Virus record (IMG/VR): IMGVR_UViG_3300002042_000005
Span: 1-55,494 of that record
Source of the DNA: a virus
Length of the DNA: 55,494 nt
Direction: 5' to 3' (one strand)
The stretch's first letter is position 1. Each line of letters opens with the position of its first letter. A program made the position numbers and the translations under genes. Shown in pieces: positions 8,039 to 18,022 of the stretch. The notes below the pieces were generated by a model that was given only the letters and a program-made list of their open reading frames with translations, was not told the DNA's origin and ran no database searches.

Positions 8039-11000
8039 CTATGCGATTTGTTCTGCGGTAAGCACAGGCTTGGCAAAATTGAACAGATAATTTCCGGCTT
8101 GTGACCAAACCACGCTGTAAACGTGGTTGCCGGCAGCCGGAGAATCAATAATTTCTATGTCGATCGGAGCGGACGCTGACCATTGCCCAACGTTTAGTTC
8201 GGGATCCACAACGCGCTGAATGTTTGAAACCAGCCCGGTGCCAATGTCGATCCCATCACGGCGCACAGTGAACGTGGCGGAGCTAGCTGAGCTCGCCTGC
8301 GTCCAGCCGCCCGTCGCGCCACCTTTCAAGGTAATCAGCACATCTTGGCCGGCGGCTGCAAAGTTGAGCGAGGCGCCACCATTGTTATTGAGATTCGCGG
8401 CCACGCGATCGATTTGAGAACCTGCTACCCCATCAGCGCCTGGCCGGCCTTGCAAAAGCACCGGTGCACTCCAAGCGGCAATGATGTTGTCGTTTTCATC
8501 GCGTCGCACTCTGCTCATGTAGAGCAGGTTGAATTTATCGGCGGTCGCTGCCGGCGGCGCATCACTCCAGCCGGCCGGATCATTGCCCGTTGGCGTGTCA
8601 GGGAATGACGTGGTGCGTCTGAAGCGCACGTCAAAGTAGTCGCCGTTGGATCCGTTCTCACCAACAATCCGATAGGGCGCTGAGTACGGGGCGGTGCCGC
8701 GGCGCTGGCGTTGGTAAACGTGCGTGGTGCCGTTGAAGGTATCCGACCAGGGCCCAGTCAAGTTCGCGCTAAATTGCACCTCAACCCCGACACCATCAGC
8801 CACGTTCGGAACGTGAACGCTTAGCGCATCGATTCGCAGACTGTCCGCCGCTTTGAACACGGTTGAGTAGATCTGGTGATCTTCCGTAAACATGAACGCG
8901 ATACGCTGCCCGTTGTTGTTAACGGCATACCACTGCCCATTCTCATGCTCAGCAGGATGGAAGCCGCTCACCCATGGGAACTGGTTGGGGTAGCTCATGG
9001 TCGGATGCGCCGTGAGTGAATTCACTGGCGACCAAACAATAAACCCGCGCTCATCCGGTGGCGTATACGCGCCTTCCCACGGTGTGTGTAACGCCGCATC
9101 CGCTGGGATATCGCGCGTGACCTCGGATCCGTCACCAAGCACTGCGGTGAAGCGCCCGGAAGAAAACATGATCTCGCCATCGTTGGCGGCACCAGAGGCC
9201 TGGCGGTTAGCCACCAGGTGGATTGTCGATCGACCCTGACCCCAACGTGAGTTTCTAGGCAGCGCGTCCAGCCCGTCTCTGCCCTCGCGCGAGCTGGTGA
9301 ATACGGCCGTGACCGTCACACCCTCGGAGACGTGCAACATATCCACCTCAACCGTGATGGATCCTTGCCCCCGGACGGCCGCTATATTGGTGTTCTCGCC
9401 CTGCTCAGAAGCTGGCAGGTCGGTTACGTTGATGGTGCCGTTGGTGGCGTTCAGGGTCGCGCGTATGGCGTGCTCTGCGATCGCAGCCGCCACACCGCCG
9501 CGGCGCGCCTTCAGCAGCAGATCCTTGACCAGCTGGTTATCGCCGTCTGGCGATTTCCAGGTGCCGTCCTGCTGCAGCATCCAAACATGCGGCCCGGGGG
9601 TATCCCAGGACACCGGCGAAGCCCCCGGGTCGCCCTTGGGCCCAGCACCAGGCGCTGGCGGCGTCACCGGCACGCCAGACGTTGGAAACAAAGCGCTTAA
9701 GTTGCCGCCGGCGCGGGATCTAGCGAAGTAGTAATAGGTCTGCTCACCCACCACGTTGCCGTCGACCTTCAGCGCAACGTATTCATCCGTTGCAGGGTTG
9801 TAAACGGCCGGAAGCGACGCGATCACGGCCGCAGATCCTGAGCTGTTCGTGACCCCGCGCCAGATCTCAATGGAATCCGGAATAGCTCCGGTACCAGGCA
9901 CACAGACCGTCAGTTCCACCCCTTCTCCCAGAGCGTTTACGTTCAGCTTGTTGGGCGCGGCCGGCGTGGTAGGCCCGCCCACAAGCCCGCTGGTGTCGAT
10001 TTCTACCTCAGTGAATGGACCAGGGAATACCGAGACGCCACCCACACGGTATTTGATGGGCCCAGGCGGATGGCTCGGATGGTCGACAAGAAACTCTTGT
10101 GGCCGATCGGCGCCCATGTCAATCCAGGTGGCGCCACCGTCTAGCGAGTACTCCACGTCGTATCGATCGGAGAATTCACCGCGCCAGGACAACAGCACCT
10201 GCAGCTGACCGTCGACGCGATCAAGTTCTGCCCGGAGGTTAAAGACTCTCGGTACCAGCTTCAGCGCATCCGCAAGCGTTGGCGGCGGCGGCGCTGTCAG
10301 TGGCGTGTAGACCTCTGGCGCGTCAATGAATCCGGACAGTTCAATCGTTTCGCCTTCCCGCGGCTCGAGGGCCAGCACGCGCACATTCTCATCAAAATCA
10401 GTACCTTGGCCAATCTGAAAGCGCGGGTTGTCATGGTCCGGATCAAAGACTAATCCAGAGGCATCAAAGGCGCCCTGGATCTGCACCTGGTCCGCGGCCG
10501 TGATCAGCACCGGGTAGGGCCCCAGGGGCTCGTTTCGGATATTGGGAATCACAATGTGTGGGTTGGTGAAGGCGCCAAGTAGATCTGACTCCGACAACGT
10601 AAGCACTGAGCCCGTGCGCGATAATATATCGCCGGATTTCTGAGGCGCACCGGCCTGATCAAACACCACATGAGAGACGCGAATCAATTCCCCCCAGCGC
10701 GGTATCTGCCCCTCGAGCGGAGCAATCAACGTCACCGGCTCGCGTCGATATCGATCCACGGCCGCAATTCGTAACCCCAGGGCGGTGGCTTGCGCTCGGT
10801 TGTCGACGCCCCAGAGTTTTACTTCCTGCGGGTCATCGCTCGTGCCGTCTGGCAGCGTGCAAGGAATGGTTACCGGGCGATAGTCCTGGTCCCGATCGAA
10901 GTACTCCACCAGCACATGGTCTTTGCTCTCACTGAGCGGCGCGATATGTTCAATGCTGAACGAAGCGTCGACAATGTTGCGCATGTTGAACATCTGGACC

Positions 11001-12484
11001 GCGACCGACTTTGGCTCGTCGCGCAGCATGGTATACACGCCACCTTCATCCACCGGCACACAGTGCGCGGCGTTGCCCATCCGCGTCACCATATCCCAGA
11101 GCGTTATGGTGGTGTCCTGGATCCCGTTGACTTCAAACCCGTCTGCGTCCAGCTGCTCGCCAAGCGTTACCAGTTCCGCCAGGTTAATGTGCAGGTCATC
11201 CCGGTTGCCGCCGTACTCTTCGTTATGAAGGGCATCCATCACCGCGTGTGAAAAACGCCGGGTAACGATTGGTGCGCCCCAGGTGTTGGTATCCGGATCG
11301 TACGTGCTCAAGCGGCGCTGGCCGACCAGGTTAAAGCGCGTCAGTGCACGCGTGCCGAGCTCTTCGGAGGCGCGGATCCGCACCGCTACCCGCGTGGTCG
11401 TGGTAACCGGTAGATTGTCGACAAAGAAACCGCGCAGCTGTGACCAGTTCATGAAGTTCACCAGCATTGACTCTTCGTCAAAGGGTGAGGTGCGGTTAAG
11501 TCGGACGCGGTAGCGACCAGGAGGCACGGTGACTTCGTGGCTATGCCGAATGGTGGCCACCCCATCACCGCTGACCGTCAACGGCAGAACGACAAACGCG
11601 CCCACGGCGTTATCCAGGTCATCAATCTCCTGGTATTCAATGGCGTAGTCGACGGTTAAGCGATCGCGCGCGCCACTCGATCGCTGGCGATACAGCCCGC
11701 GCGGAAACGCAACGTCGACGGCAAACCGGCTAATTCGAGTGGCTGGGGGGTTGGTGACATAAGCGGTGGTGGTTCCCTGCTCAATCTGCAGGTCGCTCAC
11801 TTCAGAACTTGTCGCTACGTCTTCCGGGTAAAGGCGACTGGTCGCACCCGGCGGAATGATTTCATACTCAACCGTCCGGAAACTGGAAAGCGGCGTATCT
11901 TCAAACGCCATCGTGGCAACATCGATGTCGACTTCGCCTTGCGAGACGGAGTACAACATCGTAACCATCTGATCATCTGGGAAGATGTAGGCAATGTGAG
12001 GCTGTGCCGCGAGATCTGGGAAAACTCGCATGCGGCCGTAAAGAACAGGAATCGCCTCACCCAATCGGGCGCGGTTAGATCTGACCTGCAGGTTTTGGTT
12101 AGGCGATTGGTTGGTAAGGGCTTCGGGCGTGCTGGGCAGCGTTGCCAGGCCGTAGATGGCCACCGCCACCGCCGCCACCTGAATAACGGTGTAGACCGCT
12201 TTCCAGAAGGCAGGGTTGAATACAAAGGCTTCCGGCAGCACCTGGAGGTGCAATAGATCGCCGCGGTTGATGGGTACGTCCCAGTCGGCCTCATACAACG
12301 GCCGGCCATTGAGAATCGTCATGGTGGGCTGTACAAGCAGCTCCGCCATTAGCCCGGAGCGCTCCAGGAACTCGCGCGGCGTTTCGCCAGGCTCCATCAC
12401 AAACGGCACCAGGCCTTCCGTGTTAAACGGATTAGGGAGGTAAGCCGCCAGGGTTTGTGACGGACGGTAAGCCGGTAGATTCAT
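8039..12484 (-). CDS. Central tail fibre / host specificity protein (lambda J-like) with a gpI-like N-terminal region
   Basis: 1481 aa in the position after the K-like gene. The N-terminus has a hydrophobic segment and a PVLYGRMRV motif resembling the lambda gpI C-terminus (PVLYGEMRV). The J-like body includes FN3-like segments. Confidence 0.85.
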   Translation of the reverse strand: MNLPAYRPSQTLAAYLPNPFNTEGLVPFVMEPGETPREFLERSGLMAELLVQPTMTILNGRPLYEADWDVPINRGDLLHLQVLPEAFVFNPAFWKAVYTVIQVAAVAVAIYGLATLPSTPEALTNQSPNQNLQVRSNRARLGEAIPVLYGRMRVFPDLAAQPHIAYIFPDDQMVTMLYSVSQGEVDIDVATMAFEDTPLSSFRTVEYEIIPPGATSRLYPEDVATSSEVSDLQIEQGTTTAYVTNPPATRISRFAVDVAFPRGLYRQRSSGARDRLTVDYAIEYQEIDDLDNAVGAFVVLPLTVSGDGVATIRHSHEVTVPPGRYRVRLNRTSPFDEESMLVNFMNWSQLRGFFVDNLPVTTTTRVAVRIRASEELGTRALTRFNLVGQRRLSTYDPDTNTWGAPIVTRRFSHAVMDALHNEEYGGNRDDLHINLAELVTLGEQLDADGFEVNGIQDTTITLWDMVTRMGNAAHCVPVDEGGVYTMLRDEPKSVAVQMFNMRNIVDASFSIEHIAPLSESKDHVLVEYFDRDQDYRPVTIPCTLPDGTSDDPQEVKLWGVDNRAQATALGLRIAAVDRYRREPVTLIAPLEGQIPRWGELIRVSHVVFDQAGAPQKSGDILSRTGSVLTLSESDLLGAFTNPHIVIPNIRNEPLGPYPVLITAADQVQIQGAFDASGLVFDPDHDNPRFQIGQGTDFDENVRVLALEPREGETIELSGFIDAPEVYTPLTAPPPPTLADALKLVPRVFNLRAELDRVDGQLQVLLSWRGEFSDRYDVEYSLDGGATWIDMGADRPQEFLVDHPSHPPGPIKYRVGGVSVFPGPFTEVEIDTSGLVGGPTTPAAPNKLNVNALGEGVELTVCVPGTGAIPDSIEIWRGVTNSSGSAAVIASLPAVYNPATDEYVALKVDGNVVGEQTYYYFARSRAGGNLSALFPTSGVPVTPPAPGAGPKGDPGASPVSWDTPGPHVWMLQQDGTWKSPDGDNQLVKDLLLKARRGGVAAAIAEHAIRATLNATNGTINVTDLPASEQGENTNIAAVRGQGSITVEVDMLHVSEGVTVTAVFTSSREGRDGLDALPRNSRWGQGRSTIHLVANRQASGAANDGEIMFSSGRFTAVLGDGSEVTRDIPADAALHTPWEGAYTPPDERGFIVWSPVNSLTAHPTMSYPNQFPWVSGFHPAEHENGQWYAVNNNGQRIAFMFTEDHQIYSTVFKAADSLRIDALSVHVPNVADGVGVEVQFSANLTGPWSDTFNGTTHVYQRQRRGTAPYSAPYRIVGENGSNGDYFDVRFRRTTSFPDTPTGNDPAGWSDAPPAATADKFNLLYMSRVRRDENDNIIAAWSAPVLLQGRPGADGVAGSQIDRVAANLNNNGGASLNFAAAGQDVLITLKGGATGGWTQASSASSATFTVRRDGIDIGTGLVSNIQRVVDPELNVGQWSASAPIDIEIIDSPAAGNHVYSVVWSQAGNYLFNFAKPVLTAEQIA

Positions 12485-12866
12485 TCAGGTAACGCCAGTA
12501 TTTCAATGGTGGGCAAACGTGAGGGCGAGTAAGCACCACACCTGAGCCTTGCTGGTTATGCATCACATAGAGGCCGTCCGGTGTGTCCAGAACAACTCCG
12601 ACATGAAAGACACGCCCCGCCCGCTCGAGCATAAATTCAGCTAAGGCCAGGTGCGCCGGTTCAAAAATTTGATGGAAAAGTGAATGCTCCGGTGCATCAC
12701 GAAAAGCGCGCAACACCGCAAGCGTGTTCTCTGGATCAACCCCGTACGCCGGCAACTCAACCGCTAGCTCATCCCGGTACACGTCGCGCACGAGATCCCA
12801 GCAATCGTAACTGCCTCTAACCCAGGGTTTCCCCAGGTACCTATGCCAAACCGGGGTAGGTTTCAA
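12432..12866 (-). CDS. NlpC/P60-type tail tip assembly protein (lambda K-like)
   Basis: 144 aa. Catalytic-Cys context is GSYDCWDLVRDVY, with downstream His residues (FHVGVV, MHNQ). Lies between the L-like and J-like genes. Confidence 0.8.
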   Translation of the reverse strand: MKPTPVWHRYLGKPWVRGSYDCWDLVRDVYRDELAVELPAYGVDPENTLAVLRAFRDAPEHSLFHQIFEPAHLALAEFMLERAGRVFHVGVVLDTPDGLYVMHNQQGSGVVLTRPHVCPPLKYWRYLNESTGLPSVTNPGGLPP

Positions 12867-13389
12867 TCGAGTACTTCTTACTTGGGAAAGGCTGGTTGGC
12901 AGGGTTAGTGAAACCCATGGTGCCGGTAATACTCGTCTTGTCGACTTTGGCCCGTCTCAGCTCGAGGTGAATCACGCGCAGCACACTAACGACAGTCTCA
13001 GTCTTTGACGAAAACAAGAGCGATCGAAGCGTGACCGCGATCGGCGCCCTGGTCCTAATCGCCAACCGCACAAACGGCTGCAATACACCTGGCACGCCAT
13101 CAATGGTGATCCGGGCGGTTGGGTCTGGCTGGGTCGCCTCGCCTGGTTCGTTAAACTCAAACGCCGTGCCCTGAAAACTAACGGTCTCACCAGGGTTCAC
13201 CGGTGCGCTCGCCTCGAGCGTCAAGTCTAGATCCTCGCGGTACTGCACCATCCGGAACGGCGCCGGGAATACAGGGTGCCGCATTTCGATTGACCACTTG
13301 CGGGTTGTGCTGTTGTCAGCCCGCGCGATCGCTTCTTTACGCGCGTCATCAAAACTCACGCCACCCGACTCCGGGTAGACACGCCACAC
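12841..13389 (-). CDS. Minor tail protein (L position, DUF1833-like)
   Basis: 182 aa. The C-terminal NQPFPSKKYSIETYPGLA and the overall pattern resemble the DUF1833 minor tail family as I recall it. Synteny supports the call. Confidence 0.65.
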   Translation of the reverse strand: MWRVYPESGGVSFDDARKEAIARADNSTTRKWSIEMRHPVFPAPFRMVQYREDLDLTLEASAPVNPGETVSFQGTAFEFNEPGEATQPDPTARITIDGVPGVLQPFVRLAIRTRAPIAVTLRSLLFSSKTETVVSVLRVIHLELRRAKVDKTSITGTMGFTNPANQPFPSKKYSIETYPGLA

Positions 13390-13715
13390 GACAAGCGAAA
13401 GTCACGGCCGAACTCTTCCAGCCGGACACTGCCTTCAAAGCGTGCTGAGTGAGTCGCGAGAGCCCCGCGGCTAAGCAACGGCATATCAAAATAGTTCGTG
13501 GTCGCGTTCGCAAACCCATCCCAGATTTCAAGCCAAAACTGATCAACCTGAGCAGCCGTCAGATACAGGCTGATCGTAAACCGGTTGTCATCCGCGCGCG
13601 TGATACGCCGGCGACGCTCCGGGCCTTGCTCCATTTGCGTTGCAAGCACTTCTGCCGTGGTCGACATCGAATAGCCTTCTCGCATAGGAATTGGAAAACC
13701 TGCAGGCCAACTCAT
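13356..13715 (-). CDS. Minor tail protein (M position)
   Basis: 119-aa ORF immediately after the tape measure gene, with a 4-nt overlap. Assignment is by position. Confidence 0.55.
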   Translation of the reverse strand: MSWPAGFPIPMREGYSMSTTAEVLATQMEQGPERRRRITRADDNRFTISLYLTAAQVDQFWLEIWDGFANATTNYFDMPLLSRGALATHSARFEGSVRLEEFGRDFRLSCGVSTRSRVA

Positions 13716-16510
13716 ACCGCATCCCTCAAATCAAACTGACTCTTAAGGTCCGAGTACACGCCGCGGCGCTGTTGAATGTCGTTACTCATCGTTGCGCGCG
13801 CGATCTCTGCGACTCGTACAAACAGCTCGCCGTCGCGCTCCTCTGTGGTCGCGGTGAATTCGCTGTTACCTTGTGATATCACCTGAACATTCACTGTCAT
13901 GCCACCGTTTAAGCCACCTTCCGCCAGCGCCCTGGTTAGATCTCGGTTTTGTTCCGGTTGGATAACCCGCTCGCCTTGACGCAAGAAAAAGGTTTGATCC
14001 CGCGGCACGTAATCTAAACCGCCGTGCGCCACTCCGCTGGCGCCACCACCGCCCCCACTGGCCAGACCAACCAGCGTTGCAATCACTTCGGCGCCAATCA
14101 AACCCACCTGGCCGAGTGCTGCGAGGTTCTTAGGGAACGGCCCGGCCGCTACCGCTTGTGCTCGCGCTTTCGCTAACTGGATCCGAGCTTCTTTCAAGGC
14201 AAGAATGGCCTTAAGCGCGAGTGCCGCGCGTTGCACTGCAGAGTCTTGCTTGGTTAACCCGATAATGGTTTGAAGCGCCGACTGTTGCACCTGGATCCGG
14301 GCGCGCTGCAGCTGCTCTTCTTTGGACTGCTGGGCTTCCGCTTCCTTGGCGCGAATGCTGGTGATTTCCTTTTCACTAAGCGCAATGATCTGAAGGCGCG
14401 CGGTTTCGAAGTCTTGCTGGATCTGCAGCTTCTGTTGATCGGTGAGTTGTTCGATCTGCAGAATCTGAATCTGTTCTTGGCGCAGCTGCTCTAGACGCGC
14501 TGCCAGGTCAATCTGTGCAACACCCACATCGTCGGTCTGCGACTCCGCCGCCAACCGGGCCAGGCGTCGAAACTTCTCCTGCTGCAGGTTGATGATGTTT
14601 GTCGCTTGTTCGGCTTCGGCTTGGAGCTCGTTTTGCCGGCGCTCGTTTGCACGCTGCAACCGTTCCTGCTCATCCAGCCGATCAAGCTCTGACGCCAAGC
14701 GTTGGGCTTCAGCAATCTGTGCATCAGTCCAGCCTCGTAAAGCGCCCTCTTCGATCTGGTACCGAATTCTGGCGGCGTTGGTGACTTCGCCGTACAGGGC
14801 CACCTCTTCGCGGAAACCCTGCAAAGCGCGCTCCGCCCCGGCGCGCTTACGGGTATCCAGCGCGTCTAATTCTTCGGCCAACTTAATGGCAGCGTCCAGC
14901 TGTTCTTGACTGGCACCTTCAAAGGCTTGCTGCTCTATCTGGTATCGCAATCGCGCCGCGTTTGACACATCGCCGTACAAATCAACCTGCTCGCGCAAGC
15001 GATCGCTGATCTTGCCGAGCTCTGCGTTAGGGCCGCTGTTGCCGCGTTGGTCAGAGATACCGCCGAGCGTTTGTGAAGCCAACCGTTCAGTTAGGTCATC
15101 AAAGTGACTCTGAGCCGCATCGAACTCTTCAGTTAGCTTAACGACCTCTTTTCGAGCTGCCACCAGCGCCGGCGGAGCCGCTGCTATACCCCCGAAACCA
15201 GACCCGGATCGCGCTTGGGCGGCGGCCTGTTCATCATAAGCAGCCTCCAACTCCTCTACTTTGGCGCGTGTCTCGTCCAGCGCCCCTCGAGCCTTTGCGA
15301 GATCCCGGTCTGCTTGGCGCAACCCAACCTGAACCCCTCCTAGCGTCCGGAATGACTCAATGGCGTCGTTAGCAGCACGTACTGACTTTTCAATTCGGTT
15401 GAGGCGTTCCTCTGCAGTTTCGACATCCCGCGAGAAAAGCAGTAACGCGGAAGCGGCAGCGATAGCCAGCCCTGCCGGGCCGCCCAAAAACGCAAGCGAG
15501 ACAGTAAACCGTTGCATCGCTAACGTGGCCAATGCTTGTGTCCGGCTCACCCCACCCAGCACGGCTCCATATGCGCCCAGAGTTCGCGTGGCTGCAGCAG
15601 TAGCCGGCACCTGAGCAAGAAACTGCGCGGTAGAAGCCAGCAAAGGTCCAGCCAAACGGCTGCCGTACACTACTGCGACACCGGTCAACACATCTCCAAC
15701 CACATCCATGTTGTTGGCAAGCAAGATGGCTGCCTCGCTGGACGTGGTTAATACCGCATTCAGCCCCTGGGATTCACCGGCAAATCGTTTCGCGGCCGTG
15801 GCGGCAACTTCTAGGTTACTGCGCACCGTCGCGCTGGTTTCTGCAAACGCATCCGCAAAGATCTGCTCAGAATTGAGAATCGCAGCAACGATTAATTCCG
15901 CCGAGATCTCGCCACGAGCGCCCATGTCCTTGAGCGCGCCTTCCGCAACACCAGCCTCGCGTGCGATCGCGGCCATGATTGGCGGAGCAGCTTCGGCGAT
16001 GGTCCGAAATTCGTCTCCGTTTAGCGCCCCTTTTGCAAGCGATTGGCTTAGCTGGAGCGTTGCAGAGCTAGCTTCCGACGCTGTTGAGCCATAAGCTTGA
16101 AAGCTCTGGTTTACAATGCGAGTAAATGTCGCGACTTGTTGCTGGGAGATTCCCAACCTATCGGCGACCCGAGAGGTCCGAGCGTACAGTGTCGCCACCG
16201 CCTCGAGGTTAGATCTAGTCTCGGTTGCGATCTGGAAGACTTGCGCGTTTGCGGCACCCAACTCCCTGGTTGTACCCGTCACCTGGCGCAATTTGTTTTG
16301 CACCTCAGTGTACGCATCGGCGTACTCTATAACCTGACGGGTACCCAGCGTGCTCCCGAGCGCGGCGCCTAACTGCAGTTGCACCGATCGAACCGCCCTG
16401 GAGGTTGTCCGGGCAAAGTTCTTTGCTGCAACTTCAGATTCTCTGAACCCGCGGACAAGGCCAGTGTTATTGGCTGTCAGCTGGGTATCATAGCGGCCGA
16501 TCGTTCGCAT
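13712..16510 (-). CDS. Tail tape measure protein
   Basis: 932 aa. Conserved N-terminal tape-measure motif LAKGALNGDEFRTIAEAAPPIMAAIA, long coiled-coil Gln/Glu/Ala-rich centre and a hydrophobic Gly-rich segment. Confidence 0.9.
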   Translation of the reverse strand: MRTIGRYDTQLTANNTGLVRGFRESEVAAKNFARTTSRAVRSVQLQLGAALGSTLGTRQVIEYADAYTEVQNKLRQVTGTTRELGAANAQVFQIATETRSNLEAVATLYARTSRVADRLGISQQQVATFTRIVNQSFQAYGSTASEASSATLQLSQSLAKGALNGDEFRTIAEAAPPIMAAIAREAGVAEGALKDMGARGEISAELIVAAILNSEQIFADAFAETSATVRSNLEVAATAAKRFAGESQGLNAVLTTSSEAAILLANNMDVVGDVLTGVAVVYGSRLAGPLLASTAQFLAQVPATAAATRTLGAYGAVLGGVSRTQALATLAMQRFTVSLAFLGGPAGLAIAAASALLLFSRDVETAEERLNRIEKSVRAANDAIESFRTLGGVQVGLRQADRDLAKARGALDETRAKVEELEAAYDEQAAAQARSGSGFGGIAAAPPALVAARKEVVKLTEEFDAAQSHFDDLTERLASQTLGGISDQRGNSGPNAELGKISDRLREQVDLYGDVSNAARLRYQIEQQAFEGASQEQLDAAIKLAEELDALDTRKRAGAERALQGFREEVALYGEVTNAARIRYQIEEGALRGWTDAQIAEAQRLASELDRLDEQERLQRANERRQNELQAEAEQATNIINLQQEKFRRLARLAAESQTDDVGVAQIDLAARLEQLRQEQIQILQIEQLTDQQKLQIQQDFETARLQIIALSEKEITSIRAKEAEAQQSKEEQLQRARIQVQQSALQTIIGLTKQDSAVQRAALALKAILALKEARIQLAKARAQAVAAGPFPKNLAALGQVGLIGAEVIATLVGLASGGGGGASGVAHGGLDYVPRDQTFFLRQGERVIQPEQNRDLTRALAEGGLNGGMTVNVQVISQGNSEFTATTEERDGELFVRVAEIARATMSNDIQQRRGVYSDLKSQFDLRDAV

Positions 16511-17269
16511 AAGCGTTTAGTTCCTGCTCGCGCTTTCGTTTGTCTTCTTGCGCTTTGCGGTAGGTGGGGTCTAAGCGCATGCGTTCCCGATGGGTGAGCG
16601 CTTCTTCTAACTGTTCGTCGCTTAGCCAGTCGTCATCCGACATTGCCGCCATGCGGTAATGCAATTCGTACTCGGTCGGTGTGATCTGGCGCGCGAGCTG
16701 CTGGAGTGAGCCCCCAGCGCATTCTTTAGCGAGCTTTAGGCGAAAGCCTAGCTCTCCGCCGTTGCGCCGGAGGCGTTCGGCAAAGGGTCTTTGTCCGCCC
16801 TGGGGGCGTCATCGTCGGGAAGCGCAACACGTCCCGACAACCGCATGATGATTGGCTTCATGTTCGCAAGCGAGCCAGAGCCAAACTTCTTGGCCACCAT
16901 GACTCGTTGCTCTTCGGTCGGCTCGCCGCGAAGCAGACTGGCAGCCACCAGCAAACTGTCGTGCGCGAGCAACCCAGATTCAAAGGAATCCGCCAGGTCT
17001 TCTATGTCACCGTCAGAAAGGGTTTCATTTGCATCCTGGTTAGGGTTTTCTTTCGCCGCGTTGCGCGCTTTTTCTTTTTCAAGTAACTCATTCATCATGT
17101 CGCGCGCCTTCCACCAGATGGCAGTCGGCACTTCATGCAGCGTTACTCGGTGGCCACCAACGGTAACCTTTTCACAATCCAAAACCATGACACCACCCGC
17201 CCAAAAGGCGTCAAGGTCAAGGTCTTGGGGCTCATCTGCGGCAGGCGCCGCGTGCGGATCATCGGACAT
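16488..17269 (-). CDS. Predicted GT-like fusion chaperone produced by a -1 frameshift
   Basis: The -1 frame is open from the slippery heptamer (16781-16787, in-frame C CCT TTG) through the whole apparent gap to a TGA at 16488-16490, just inside the tape measure gene. Confidence 0.55.
16748..17269 (-). CDS. Tail assembly chaperone (lambda G-like)
   Basis: 173-aa acidic ORF between the tail tube and tape measure genes. A slippery CCCTTTG lies 11 codons before its stop. Confidence 0.7.
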   Translation of the reverse strand: MSDDPHAAPAADEPQDLDLDAFWAGGVMVLDCEKVTVGGHRVTLHEVPTAIWWKARDMMNELLEKEKARNAAKENPNQDANETLSDGDIEDLADSFESGLLAHDSLLVAASLLRGEPTEEQRVMVAKKFGSGSLANMKPIIMRLSGRVALPDDDAPRADKDPLPNASGATAES

Positions 17270-17295
17270 CGGTTTTTACTCGCTTATGGGCTACG

Positions 17296-17727
17296 TTATG
17301 CAGCCTCAGTGAACACAGGATCTGACGACTGGGTGAAGTCGACTTCCATCTGGCCTTGGGTCTGGGCTTCCGGGTTCGGCACGCGCAAACCACCCAAACC
17401 GCGCTCAGCCGTTGCAATACGGCCCCAACGGTAAGTAATTCGCATGTTGACCACCGCCTTAGCCACCGCTAACGCAAAAAACTGCGATTGTGCGGCGTCG
17501 GCCACGTCGTTAAAGATCAACGTGCCGTCTACCGCGTCCGATCGACCAGGTACGGTGATCTGAGTCAGGGACGCGATCGGAGAAACGTCGATCGAATTGA
17601 CACCGGTACCGCCCACTGGACCAATCTCAAGCGTGTTGAGTAGGTCTATGAAGACACCGGCGTTGTTGGGATCCTCAAACGCCATGACTGTGCCGGCGCC
17701 GAGGGTGGGGGTATCTGATAGTGGCAT
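17296..17727 (-). CDS. Major tail tube protein (V position)
   Basis: 143-aa ORF directly upstream of the chaperone pair. Assigned by lambda synteny. Confidence 0.65.
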   Translation of the reverse strand: MPLSDTPTLGAGTVMAFEDPNNAGVFIDLLNTLEIGPVGGTGVNSIDVSPIASLTQITVPGRSDAVDGTLIFNDVADAAQSQFFALAVAKAVVNMRITYRWGRIATAERGLGGLRVPNPEAQTQGQMEVDFTQSSDPVFTEAA

Positions 17728-17765
17728 GGTGCCTCCTTTGGTTTAATTCAGCGTTCTAATGAAAC

Positions 17766-18017
17766 TTATTGGCCGTCTGACTCGCCGGCAGGTTCGCCCG
17801 CATCGCCATTGCCAACAATTTGGCTATCGCGAACGGCCACCTTGGTGCCGTCCTCGAGCTCAACTTGCGTTAAAGACTCGCCGGCGCTGTTGTTGCTCTT
17901 CTTGGCCGCGGGCATGTGCCCGACCACCGTTGCGGATACAGGATCCTGGGCAACAATCTCGCCATCAATGCGCTTATTCAGTTTTACCTGGACCTGCGCG
18001 CCTACTTCTAAAGCCAT
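17766..18017 (-). CDS. Hypothetical small protein
   Basis: 83-aa ORF between the U-position and V-position genes. Confidence 0.45.
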   Translation of the reverse strand: MALEVGAQVQVKLNKRIDGEIVAQDPVSATVVGHMPAAKKSNNSAGESLTQVELEDGTKVAVRDSQIVGNGDAGEPAGESDGQ

Positions 18018-18022
18018 GGGAA

